A stretch of 36,035 nt of DNA from a virus: the IMG/VR virus record IMGVR_UViG_3300020129_000291; one strand, 5' to 3'. Made by a program: the position numbers and the translations under genes. Below are positions 24,465 through 32,277 of the stretch, in pieces. Numbering within the stretch: position 1 is the stretch's first letter; every line of letters starts with the position of its first letter. A model generated the notes under the pieces. That model worked only from the letters and a program-made list of their open reading frames with translations, was not told the DNA's origin and made no database searches.

Positions 24465-24998
24465 CTATACGCCCGCTTCCTGATCAACGGTGAACGTCTT
24501 TCCGTTGATGTAGATGTTGGCGGAACGTGCGGCGCCCGCATTTGCGGACACCTGGTATTCAACGGTTCCGTCCGTGGTCTGCGGGACGGTTGGGCTAGCG
24601 ATCATCAGCCATGTTGCCGAGGCGTCCTTCGTCGGCATCCAGGTGGGGTCCTGCCCTGGCGTGGTGATGAAAACGGCAATCGTCTCACTGAAACTGCCGA
24701 TTGCCGGAATCGTCGCGCTGAGAGGTTCGAGGCGTACCGCGGTTGTCGGTGGCAGGAACGGCGTCAGATCGTAGTGCTTCCAATCGCTGCCGAGCGCGTC
24801 CCGTTCGCCGGGGTTGTGAACGATCACCGGCCAGACGTTCGGGTTGGCCCAGAGTTGCGGGTAATACTCGCCCGCCTTGGCCTGCGGCGGAACCGTCGTC
24901 CATTCGTTCGGATTCAGTAGCGCTTCATCCTGAGCGTTTTGAACAACCCGCGGTTCAAGGCGCTCGGTGAGGCTGAAAAACACTTTCGGATATGGCAT
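24465..24998 (-). CDS. Head-associated protein: YPKVFF-type N-domain plus an Ig-like (BACON/Big-type) C-domain. Decoration candidate.
   Basis: The N-terminus MPYPKVFFSLTERLEPRVVQNAQDEALLNPNEWTTVPPQ is paralogous to 25268..25585. The C-terminus reads ATWLMIASPTVPQTTDGTVEYQVSANAGAARSANIYINGKTFTVDQEAG. Confidence 0.5.
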   Translation of the reverse strand: MPYPKVFFSLTERLEPRVVQNAQDEALLNPNEWTTVPPQAKAGEYYPQLWANPNVWPVIVHNPGERDALGSDWKHYDLTPFLPPTTAVRLEPLSATIPAIGSFSETIAVFITTPGQDPTWMPTKDASATWLMIASPTVPQTTDGTVEYQVSANAGAARSANIYINGKTFTVDQEAGV

Positions 24999-25007
24999 CA
25001 GTTCGCC

Positions 25008-25271
25008 TCAATGTTTCTTCTTTGGTCTGCCTGGTCGCTTGGAGGGTTTGTGAACCGGCGGAAGGTGCGGCGGCGGCGGCGGCGGTTCAGAGCCTTCACT
25101 CTCTTCGTCGTCGTCTTCCTCTTCACCGTTGGGGTCTAGCTCTTCGATCGGCGGCCAGATCTTACGCGACCACTCCGCGCCGAGCGCTGCCTCCTCCTCC
25201 CGCGAATGCACCGTTACCGGGTCTTTAGCCCGGTGAAAGAGCATCCGCGGGTAGTCGTCGGAGGGCTTCAT
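25008..25271 (-). CDS. Small protein with a YPRMLF motif and an acidic/Pro-rich/basic tail.
   Basis: YPRMLFHRAKDPVTVHSREEEAALGAEWS, then EEEDDDEESE, PPPPPP and RPGRPKKKH. ATGA coupling upstream. Confidence 0.5.
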   Translation of the reverse strand: MKPSDDYPRMLFHRAKDPVTVHSREEEAALGAEWSRKIWPPIEELDPNGEEEDDDEESEGSEPPPPPPHLPPVHKPSKRPGRPKKKH

Positions 25272-25585
25272 ACAGCAGGTGGAACCGGTTCAAATACGCC
25301 GGTCAAATCCAGCCGTACGAAGCTGGTGCTGAGTTGCGCAAGTTCCGCGGCGTTGTTAATGATGACCGCGGGAACGTTGATGTTGTAGTAGACGGCGGGA
25401 AACTCCGGTTCAGTGGCGGCCCGCGTCTGCGGTGGAATCGTCGTCCACTCCAACAGATCGAGCCCCGCCTCTTCATCCGGATTGTTGATGATGCGTGGTG
25501 CCGTCCGATCGAGCAGACTAAAAAACACCTTCGGGTAGGTGCCGCTCTCTGCTGCTTCACTTGCGGGGTTCATCAGATCATTCAT
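25268..25585 (-). CDS. Small head-associated protein (YPKVFF family).
   Basis: The ATG at 25585 is preceded by GAGGGAAAACC. YPKVFFSLLDRTAPRIINNPDEEAGLDLLEWTTIPPQ is paralogous to 24465..24998. Confidence 0.55.
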   Translation of the reverse strand: MNDLMNPASEAAESGTYPKVFFSLLDRTAPRIINNPDEEAGLDLLEWTTIPPQTRAATEPEFPAVYYNINVPAVIINNAAELAQLSTSFVRLDLTGVFEPVPPAV

Positions 25586-25596
25586 GGTTTTCCCTC

Positions 25597-26826
25597 TTAC
25601 TGCACGATGCGGGTTGCCCATTCAGGACGCGGCGCAGCGTGCCCGTAAAGCACGTCGCATCGGGTAATGAAAAGGTCGTTGATAATGTCGTAATCGCTGA
25701 TGGTGCGGATCGAAACGCCGGTATCGGGGTCTACCGCATTGGCAGCGAAATTGACGCCCGCCGGAATCGCGAGCGGTGCCATACCGATCGTAAACGCGGC
25801 CTGATGGAATGCCAGATTTTGCGGAATCAGCGCGTTTGCGGCGCCGCTGGTGATCGTCAGTGGTGCCCCGGCCGCGGGCGAATTCGTGACGGTCTGGTAC
25901 GGGTTGCGCGGGACGCCTGCGACGATGATCGGCGGATAGATCGGAATCGAGGCGGCGCCGCTGGCGTCGCTCGATACGTCCGCGGTGACCACGAATTTCA
26001 GAAGATCGGATTGCGGATCTCCGGAAACAGCGTTCACTGCGAACACGGTTGGCAGCGTGAAACTATCGCCTTTCTTCAGGCGCAGGCCCGCGGCCGCGGT
26101 GAAGCCGCTTACCAGCAGGGTTGAGCCCGTCTGGCCTGCCGTGGTGACCTGCGGCGCGCCGCCGAGCGGTCCGACAGTGTGGGTCCTGACGTTCTGGTCC
26201 ATGACCCACTCGAACCCTCCCATAATCCCCATGCGGCCGCGTTCGTACTGCTGCTTGACCTGGTTGGAGGACTGGAACAGTCCCTGCGCGGCCTTCAGTG
26301 CGGCGGTCTGCAACTTGGGAGAAATACACATCGTTCGTTTGCCGTCCATCGGGGCGGAAAACAAATCGAGGGTTTCGCCCGCGGCCCAGAACGGGTCAAG
26401 CGTCGTGATCGGTGTCCCCGGTGTGCCTACCTGGTTGCCGGTCGATTGATACGCCATTGTGAGCCCGTCGACGTCGACCTGGTTTGCGAGAGAGACAGCC
26501 GCGGAGTCCAAATAACGATCGCGGAACGCATCGATTGATAGCGTGAGTTCCGCGGAGGTGAACTGGAACGGTACGACTGCCTGCTGGTTGAGGACTAGGA
26601 ATTTCTGGGTTTCAACCGTGTCCTGCGGTGTGATGACACGGCCTTTGGTTACGTTGTAGCGGACCGGATCACGAAGGCGCAGAGTGTCGCCAATTTTGGC
26701 GCCCGTTACTGCGAATTTGTCGTCCCACGTGTGATCGATCGCGCCGCTAAAGCCTAAATTGTTTTTGAAACGAAGCAGAAGTTCATTCGTGATCATCTGA
26801 ATCGTTAGGAGAGTATTGACGGCCAC
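25597..26826 (-). CDS. Major capsid protein (P22 coat-like, HK97 fold).
   Basis: 409 aa and follows the scaffold gene. IQMITNELLLRFKNNLGFSGAIDHTWDDKF...GDTLRLRDPVRY, LKKGDSFTLPTVFAVN and SIRTISDYDIINDLFITRCDVLYG match the P22-type coat family pattern. GTG start after GAAGGGG. Confidence 0.85.
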   Translation of the reverse strand: MAVNTLLTIQMITNELLLRFKNNLGFSGAIDHTWDDKFAVTGAKIGDTLRLRDPVRYNVTKGRVITPQDTVETQKFLVLNQQAVVPFQFTSAELTLSIDAFRDRYLDSAAVSLANQVDVDGLTMAYQSTGNQVGTPGTPITTLDPFWAAGETLDLFSAPMDGKRTMCISPKLQTAALKAAQGLFQSSNQVKQQYERGRMGIMGGFEWVMDQNVRTHTVGPLGGAPQVTTAGQTGSTLLVSGFTAAAGLRLKKGDSFTLPTVFAVNAVSGDPQSDLLKFVVTADVSSDASGAASIPIYPPIIVAGVPRNPYQTVTNSPAAGAPLTITSGAANALIPQNLAFHQAAFTIGMAPLAIPAGVNFAANAVDPDTGVSIRTISDYDIINDLFITRCDVLYGHAAPRPEWATRIVQ

Positions 26827-27771
26827 TTATCGCCCCTTCAATTGCGCCTCCCTCGCTTTCGCCCACCGTTTGAAATCCTTCTGTACATCGGGATCGTTGG
26901 GATCGTCGGAAACGATTTTTCCCGGTCTAGAACTCGGCGGCGGCGGCTTGGGTGCGCCCGATAATTTGGGTTTCCCGTTTTCAGTGGCAGGGGTTTCAAA
27001 CGCGGCCGAGAGTCGGCCCACGGCCATCACTGCGCTTGCCGGTGGCAGGGCAGCGATGCGCTCTAGTTCTTTCGGATTCTTGGCGAGGTGATACAAGAGT
27101 TCGGCGCCGTTGGGGTCTTCTAAGAGCGCCTGACGCGCGGCCAGTACTCCCGGTCCTGCGGGAATCTGTACCGTCTCCATCAAGTCGTCGTAGTCGCTGT
27201 GCGCCTTCCGCGCGGCCTTTTCTTTTCTGGCCCACTCGGTCTGCTCTGTGCGGAGTGCATTCTCGGTGTCCGTTCGCGCCTGCTGTTCCTTTTGCAGTCG
27301 GTCGCGTTCATCCAGTTTCCAGTCCGTCAGCGCTTCCTGATACGCCTCTAAAGTCTGAAAGTCTTCCAGCTTCGGCTTACCGGCAGCGGCTGGTTTCGCG
27401 GGTTCTGAGGGCTTATCCTGCGGCTTCACCGGTTGACCGGCAATCTGTCGCTTCAACTCCTCAACTTCGCGTGTCAGCCTATCGATGCGACGTTGTCGCG
27501 ATCCGCCCCGTTTGGCGGGCGCGCCTTCGTCGCCTTCCTGCGGTTCGTCTTTTTCGTCCCCTGTTTCCTGAGAGTCGTCCGTTTCCGAGTCCGGTTCAGT
27601 TTTGGCCGGTGGTTTTTCAGCCACGGCCGCGGTTGGTTTTTCTTCCTTCTGCTCGGGCAATTCACCCGTATTGCGCCACTTGGCATAGTCCCTGAAATCG
27701 GTTGGAGCATCAGCCGTTGCGACGCCTTCGGTCCCTTGTATGAGCGAAGGGGGTGCTACTTCTTCAGACAT
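26827..27771 (-). CDS. Scaffolding protein.
   Basis: 314 aa, highly charged and acidic, with a long predicted coiled coil. Lies immediately upstream of the coat gene. Confidence 0.6.
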   Translation of the reverse strand: MSEEVAPPSLIQGTEGVATADAPTDFRDYAKWRNTGELPEQKEEKPTAAVAEKPPAKTEPDSETDDSQETGDEKDEPQEGDEGAPAKRGGSRQRRIDRLTREVEELKRQIAGQPVKPQDKPSEPAKPAAAGKPKLEDFQTLEAYQEALTDWKLDERDRLQKEQQARTDTENALRTEQTEWARKEKAARKAHSDYDDLMETVQIPAGPGVLAARQALLEDPNGAELLYHLAKNPKELERIAALPPASAVMAVGRLSAAFETPATENGKPKLSGAPKPPPPSSRPGKIVSDDPNDPDVQKDFKRWAKAREAQLKGR

Positions 27772-29027
27772 AAATCAAAATCGAGAATTCGTAATCCGAG
27801 CCATTCCGCGATTTGCGGGACCACGGCATTGCCGAGGCGGCCGAGACGTTTGGTGCGGTTGGTCATCGCGCGGTCCATCCAATCGGGAACCCCATCAGCC
27901 ATTCCACGAATTGGGGATTCAAGCGCCGGCGCGAGGTCTGGCCACTCTGCGAGGATGGCGGGCCATCGGGGATCACTGGGACCTGGCGCGAAACGAGGGA
28001 TTCCGCCCGCGATTCGAGACACTGATCCGTCAGGCGTGCGGAAATGCGGCCGTTCCCCCTGTCGGTCGAATTGTTCGGTGCTGAGGGGTTCGCGTTCGGA
28101 GTCGGCCAAAGGTGCTCCACGAAGTTCTGAAGCTGTTCGCCCTTCGACCCCCCGCCCCGCTCCGTATAGGGCTTCGCGTTCGGCGTCCGGTAGTCGCGTG
28201 CTGCCGGTGTCGGGAACCAGGTCCGCGCCTCCTGGTCGAGACCCATCTCGTCCTTCCGGTCCCCTCCCCTGCTGCGGAAGGAGTCCGTTCCCGGGGTCTG
28301 CCAGTGTTCGGCCTGCTCCGCTATCGTGATCTGGTGGCCGTTGCCTATCGAGGTCTGGCGATTGCGCGGCCCGCCTGATGCCGGCGTATCGGGCGTGCGC
28401 CAGAGGTCCGCGGCTTCGTTCAGATTCGAGACTCCCGCGCCCGTCCGCTCCCCGCTGATCGTGCGCCTGCGGTGTCGGCCAGTTGCGACTGGCACCCGTC
28501 AGCGAGTCCGTTGCCCCCGGATGGTTCCCGCAACTCTCCGAGTCCTCCGCACGGGCCGTGGGCCAGTATTCCGCTACATCGCTCAGGTTCGCCTGACCCA
28601 GGAGTTTCCCTTCCTCCAGCCAGTGACTCGGACGGTAGAATGCTCCGTTGATCTCCGCTACCCCGCGCCCGCTCTGCGTGTCCGTTGTTCGCGGCGTAGG
28701 CCACGATGAAGACGCGCTTTCGGAGGTGACTGGCTCCGAACTCGCTAGCTCGTAAACTGCGCCAGCATCCCACATACCCGAGTCCGGCCAGTTCGCCGAT
28801 AACTCGTCGCATTGCGTCGTAAACAAGGAGCCCTGCGACGTTCTCAATGAGCACGTATCGAGGTCGAAGTTCCCGAACCAACCGGGCGTATTCAAACCAA
28901 AGACCGCTGCGAGTTCCCTCGATACCGGCCTGCTTTCCGGCCTGGGAGAGATCCTGGCAGGGGAATCCGCCGCAGATGAGATCGACGGAGCCGAGTTCGT
29001 CTCCTGTAACGCAGCGAATGTCGCCAT
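27756..29027 (-). pseudogene. C5 DNA methyltransferase, downstream portion in frame 2. Carries WPTP repeats and C-terminal motif X.
   Basis: Contains YWPTARAEDSES, NWPTPQAHDQRG and, at the very end, RLGRLGNAVVPQIAEWLG (motif X). Upstream of ~28700 this frame only shadows the catalytic frame. Confidence 0.5.
27863..28495 (-). pseudogene. C5 DNA methyltransferase, WxTP-repeat segment in frame 3.
   Basis: LWRTPDTP, HWQTPGTD, WFPTPAARD, LWPTPNAN, then RRLNPQFVEWLMGFPIGWT followed by a stop. This continues the repeat series begun in frame 2. Confidence 0.45.
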
Positions 29028-29169
29028 ATCGCTTTACACCGGGCCAGTGTTTTTCGAGGACCTTGACCGCGTAGGGGTCGTTCTCCACCTGCCACCGGCA
29101 CCGGAAGCCCGCACGGTCCAAACCGAGATCAATGCCGCCGATCCCGGTGAACAGGCTTCCATAGGTCAC
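28420..29169 (-). CDS. DNA (cytosine-5)-methyltransferase, N-terminal catalytic portion.
   Basis: LFTGIGG (motif I), GGFPCQDLS (IV), LIENV (VI), RKRVFIVAY (VIII). The GTG start overlaps the portal stop (GTGA). After motif VIII the frame becomes Arg/Gly-rich and stops without motifs IX-X. Confidence 0.8.
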   Translation of the reverse strand: MTYGSLFTGIGGIDLGLDRAGFRCRWQVENDPYAVKVLEKHWPGVKRYGDIRCVTGDELGSVDLICGGFPCQDLSQAGKQAGIEGTRSGLWFEYARLVRELRPRYVLIENVAGLLVYDAMRRVIGELAGLGYVGCWRSLRASEFGASHLRKRVFIVAYAANNGHAERARGSGDQRSILPSESLAGGRETPGSGEPERCSGILAHGPCGGLGELREPSGGNGLADGCQSQLADTAGARSAGSGRARESRI

Positions 29170-31358
29170 GCCATTCCCTGCGGCACCGGCCCTGCAGGTG
29201 CGCCCGCCAGCATCCCGGGCCCTTCAGAACCGGGCGGCGGCATCGGTGGCCCTACGGGCGGCGGAATCGAGGATTCCGCGGCCGCTCCGGTCGCCATGCG
29301 TGCCACCTGAATCTGCAAAGCGGCCATCTCGGCCTTCATCCACGCGATGTTTTCCTGCGCGGTGATGCTGCTATCCGCGGCCGCAATCTTCATCCGTTCG
29401 ATTTGAATTCTGGTGTCCGAATCGAGTGCGGCCTGCCGATCGCTCGATTCGATTTTCATGATCTCGATACGCTCGTTCGATTCCGCCTCGATGCGCTTGC
29501 CGCGGATATCGTCATTCGCCTTACTCAGTGCAGCGCTTAACTGGTCGATCATCTGCGACTGCTGCTGGTTCTGCTGCGCCAGCACTTCGGCCGGTTTCTT
29601 GTCGGCGCCGTCATCGGCCAGCCCGGGCGGCATCGAGCGGCGCAAGCGCTCGGCGATCTTGTCGGCGCCGTTGAAATTGAGATTGTCAAAAACGACGTCC
29701 CCGGCAATCTGCATCAGCGGCGGGTAAACGCGGGCGAGTTCGAGCAGTTGCGATTCCGTCTTTTCCTGCTGGTTCTTGAACGTCGGCCCGATCTTCAGCC
29801 GTACGTCGTACTGGCCGTTTTGGAGGTCGTAACAGCGCTCGATGTTCTGCTCATCCCTGTACCGCTGGTTTACCTTGACAATTTTTTCCGTCATGTCCGC
29901 GCCGAGAATCCGCACCTCGCGCGCGGTGTCGTAAATCTTCGGAATCAGGTCGACCAGGATCGCGCCGCATTGCAGGATCGCGCGGTTCAGGTTGTCCACA
30001 AAATGGAAGTTCGAAAGCTCCATTTGCCCCTGGCGCCGCTGGATCGCGATACCGGAGGTTTCGTTCGACGTGGACCCGAGCGACGCATCATAGACGTTGG
30101 TGGTGGCTTTGATATCGTCGGATGCCTGTGAGGCGCCGATCGAAAGCGCCTGAATCGGCGGCTCGGCCAGGTTGCGCTGCGGTGGCGGTACTGGATTCCC
30201 GGCGATATCGAGCGGTTCGTATTCGAGGTACGACCACGGGATGACATTGGCCGTTGCCCACCGCGGATCGCGGAAGGCGCCCTTGACGCCCACCCACGGC
30301 GCTTTGGTCCCGAGCATGACCGTTTCGGCTTCGGAACTGCGATAGAAGTTATACAGCCGCTGCGGGTCGCGCGCGAACCGGATCAGGCTGAACAGGTAGC
30401 GCGTGTTCTCGATGTACATCTCTTCGCCGAGCGTGGCGAGAATCGGTATCCACTGCCCCTTCCACTCGATTTCGTCCAGAATCTCAACGCCATTGATCCG
30501 GCACATTTTGACGTGCCGTATTTCGTCCTCACGTTCCCGCCGGTCGCCGTTTTCATCGGTCGCGAACGTGACCCCGGGCGGCATTTGTTCGGGGAGGTCT
30601 TCCAGGTACTGGCTGGTCTCGGCGCCGTCCGGCCACCTGATGCCAACCAGCGTTTTCACTTCGATATCGACGTACCAATAATTGGCGATGAGCACGCCCT
30701 CTTTGGTGATCCAGTTGGGCGCGGGGTTGGTCACCCCGTCGAAGAAATTCATCTTCGATACTTCGGTGTCCCCAAACTGGTCTTTGTACTCATCGCGTGG
30801 AATCCACTCAAGTTCAAAGGCCCACTTCATGTCGCTTTTGTCGGCCTTTTTGGCGTACGGGTCGATCAGAATCGCGAACTGGTTTACCACCCGCTCGATG
30901 CGCAATTCCTGGTTGAAGGTCTTGTTGCCGCAGTACCGCGTGGTGACTTTGAAATAGCCGAAACCGCCCTTGGTGCTCTGATCCAGGGAGGTTTCGTAAA
31001 CCTGGTCGGCCTTCGATGCGTACTCGATTTGGCGAATCATGCCCTCGATGACTTCGGCGGTATCGACATCGCCTGAAAGGTCGGCCGGTAGCACTTCCAG
31101 GTCCGGCTTATTCATGCGCGCCTGGTTCGCGACCTGGTTGATTGGCCCGGTCAGTTTGTTGAACGTGAGGCACGGCCGCCGGTTGCCCATGCCCATTGCG
31201 TTGCGCTGGTTGAGGTCGTTCGGGTCCCACTGCTGGCCCGCGGCGAATTCGAGATCAATAATCGCCTCTCGCCGAATGTGGCGCTCGGCCTCTTCGGCGA
31301 GTTCGTATCGCCCCTTTGCGGTTGCGATCAGATCTTTGTCGGCCTTACTAGTTGCCAC
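29166..31358 (-). CDS. Portal protein (P22-like).
   Basis: AIIDLEFAAGQQWDPNDLNQRNAMGMGNRRPCLTFNKLTGPINQVANQARMNKPDLEVLP is the P22-type portal N-terminal signature. Long C-terminal coiled-coil barrel. The GTG at 31358 (VATSKADKD) is the proposed start. The track ORF runs to 31544 through non-protein-like sequence. Confidence 0.8.
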   Translation of the reverse strand: MATSKADKDLIATAKGRYELAEEAERHIRREAIIDLEFAAGQQWDPNDLNQRNAMGMGNRRPCLTFNKLTGPINQVANQARMNKPDLEVLPADLSGDVDTAEVIEGMIRQIEYASKADQVYETSLDQSTKGGFGYFKVTTRYCGNKTFNQELRIERVVNQFAILIDPYAKKADKSDMKWAFELEWIPRDEYKDQFGDTEVSKMNFFDGVTNPAPNWITKEGVLIANYWYVDIEVKTLVGIRWPDGAETSQYLEDLPEQMPPGVTFATDENGDRREREDEIRHVKMCRINGVEILDEIEWKGQWIPILATLGEEMYIENTRYLFSLIRFARDPQRLYNFYRSSEAETVMLGTKAPWVGVKGAFRDPRWATANVIPWSYLEYEPLDIAGNPVPPPQRNLAEPPIQALSIGASQASDDIKATTNVYDASLGSTSNETSGIAIQRRQGQMELSNFHFVDNLNRAILQCGAILVDLIPKIYDTAREVRILGADMTEKIVKVNQRYRDEQNIERCYDLQNGQYDVRLKIGPTFKNQQEKTESQLLELARVYPPLMQIAGDVVFDNLNFNGADKIAERLRRSMPPGLADDGADKKPAEVLAQQNQQQSQMIDQLSAALSKANDDIRGKRIEAESNERIEIMKIESSDRQAALDSDTRIQIERMKIAAADSSITAQENIAWMKAEMAALQIQVARMATGAAAESSIPPPVGPPMPPPGSEGPGMLAGAPAGPVPQGMA

Positions 31359-31376
31359 GGGTTTTATAACTGAGGT

Positions 31377-31559
31377 GTGGCACTGCCAATCACGCAATAC
31401 CCCTTGGACTGGAGCGGCTTTCCTGAACCGTGTGCAGAGGTTCGTTGCATTACATGCGGGACTGCGTACGTGGTGAGTCCTGATTACGACGTTTACGAGC
31501 GGTGCCCGTTCTGCCGATCCCCTTGCATAAAGGCCGTGTTTCAACCGCTATCACGTTAA
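31377..31559 (+). CDS. Candidate zinc-ribbon mini-protein, antisense to the late operon.
   Basis: 60-aa ORF with RCITCG...x17...CPFCR (two zinc knuckles). It exactly fills the ~200-bp gap between the portal start and the upstream mini-gene. The GTG start has a poor SD. Confidence 0.35.
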   Translation: MALPITQYPLDWSGFPEPCAEVRCITCGTAYVVSPDYDVYERCPFCRSPCIKAVFQPLSR

Positions 31560-31731
31560 GACTGCCCATCGCCGTCCTTCATGATGTCGCGCAAGGTGCG
31601 TTTCTGCGGTCGCGCCTTGCCCGCCGTCCTAAGTGCGATCGCCACGGCCTGAGCGGGCGGGCGGCCCTCACTCCGCAGTTTGCGGATATTCGCACTCACT
31701 ACCGGTTGACTCTTGCCCCGTTTTAACGGCA
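31556..31731 (-). pseudogene. Conserved small phage protein interrupted by a 1-nt frameshift.
   Basis: ATG at 31731. MPLKRGKSQPVVSANIR is in one frame, and LRSEGRPPAQAVAIALRTAGKARPQKRTLRDIMKDGDGQS* is in the frame reached by a -1 shift at cgcAACTGcgg (~31678-31681). The joined sequence fits the MP.K.G.S....S.NI..L..EGRP..QAVAIAL mini-protein pattern. Confidence 0.45.
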
Positions 31732-31802
31732 TAGAAAACCCCCGGGCCCGGGACGTTCGCCAGAAAAACGCCCCGGGCCCCCAGTCCCAAATGCGGGTGG
31801 AA

Positions 31803-32216
31803 TTACTTCGGTGATGGCGTCGGCGCGATCGGCGGGCTTACCTGCGCCGAGTCGACGATCAGCCAGCGGCTACCCACGCCCACAACCCAGATGAGAATGG
31901 CGTACTTGCCAGTGGTGCTCGGCGGCAAGGGCGGCCAGACGGTTCCCGGCGGTAGCGCGATCGGATGCTCTGGTGACCCGGGAAGCACAATCGGGTGAGA
32001 CGGAATCCCCGCAACATCGGGCGGGATCACGATCGGGTGAGACGGTTCGCCGGGTTTCGGCCAGACGCCCGGGAGAGGCGGCAGCACGATTGGGTGAGAC
32101 GGTCTGTCCCCGCCCACACCGTAACCGGGATCGACGGGACCCCCGCCCCCGGGTAGTGAATTATCCGGTGATCCTGGTACGCCAGATCCGGCCGGATAGA
32201 TGTAGTACATCTGCAT
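31803..32216 (-). CDS. Proline-rich repeat protein (SHPIV[LI]P repeats).
   Basis: Strong SD (GGAGGAAATAACGA-ATG). RPSHPIVLPP, EPSHPIVIPP, IPSHPIVLPG and PEHPIALPP, then a hydrophobic beta-like segment KYAILIWVVGVGSRWLIV. Confidence 0.6.
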   Translation of the reverse strand: MQMYYIYPAGSGVPGSPDNSLPGGGGPVDPGYGVGGDRPSHPIVLPPLPGVWPKPGEPSHPIVIPPDVAGIPSHPIVLPGSPEHPIALPPGTVWPPLPPSTTGKYAILIWVVGVGSRWLIVDSAQVSPPIAPTPSPK

Positions 32217-32277
32217 TCGTTATTTCCTCCGCAGTTGGTTGGTTGAAAGTTGGGGTTGCCCCCGTTTGAAAAACTGT

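Noticed and set aside
28700-29027. Possible dual coding. The upstream part of ORF 27756..29027 (..CSLRTSQ..NWPDSGMWDAGAVYEL..SSWPTP) overlaps the catalytic frame (ENV, LGY, RKRVFIVAY) and superficially resembles methyltransferase target-recognition segments.
   Set aside because: The WPTP here is a direct frame-shadow of ATC-GTG-GCC-TAC-GCC (IVAYA). The catalytic frame is unambiguous, and I cannot verify the resemblance without an alignment. It is treated as an open shadow frame, not a second product.
31359-31544. N-terminal 62-codon extension of the portal ORF (MKHGLYARGS...).
   Set aside because: The extension is His/Cys/Arg-rich and unlike portal N-termini. The family-typical sequence begins at VATSKADKD (GTG 31358), and the region is better explained as a gap or an antisense mini-ORF.
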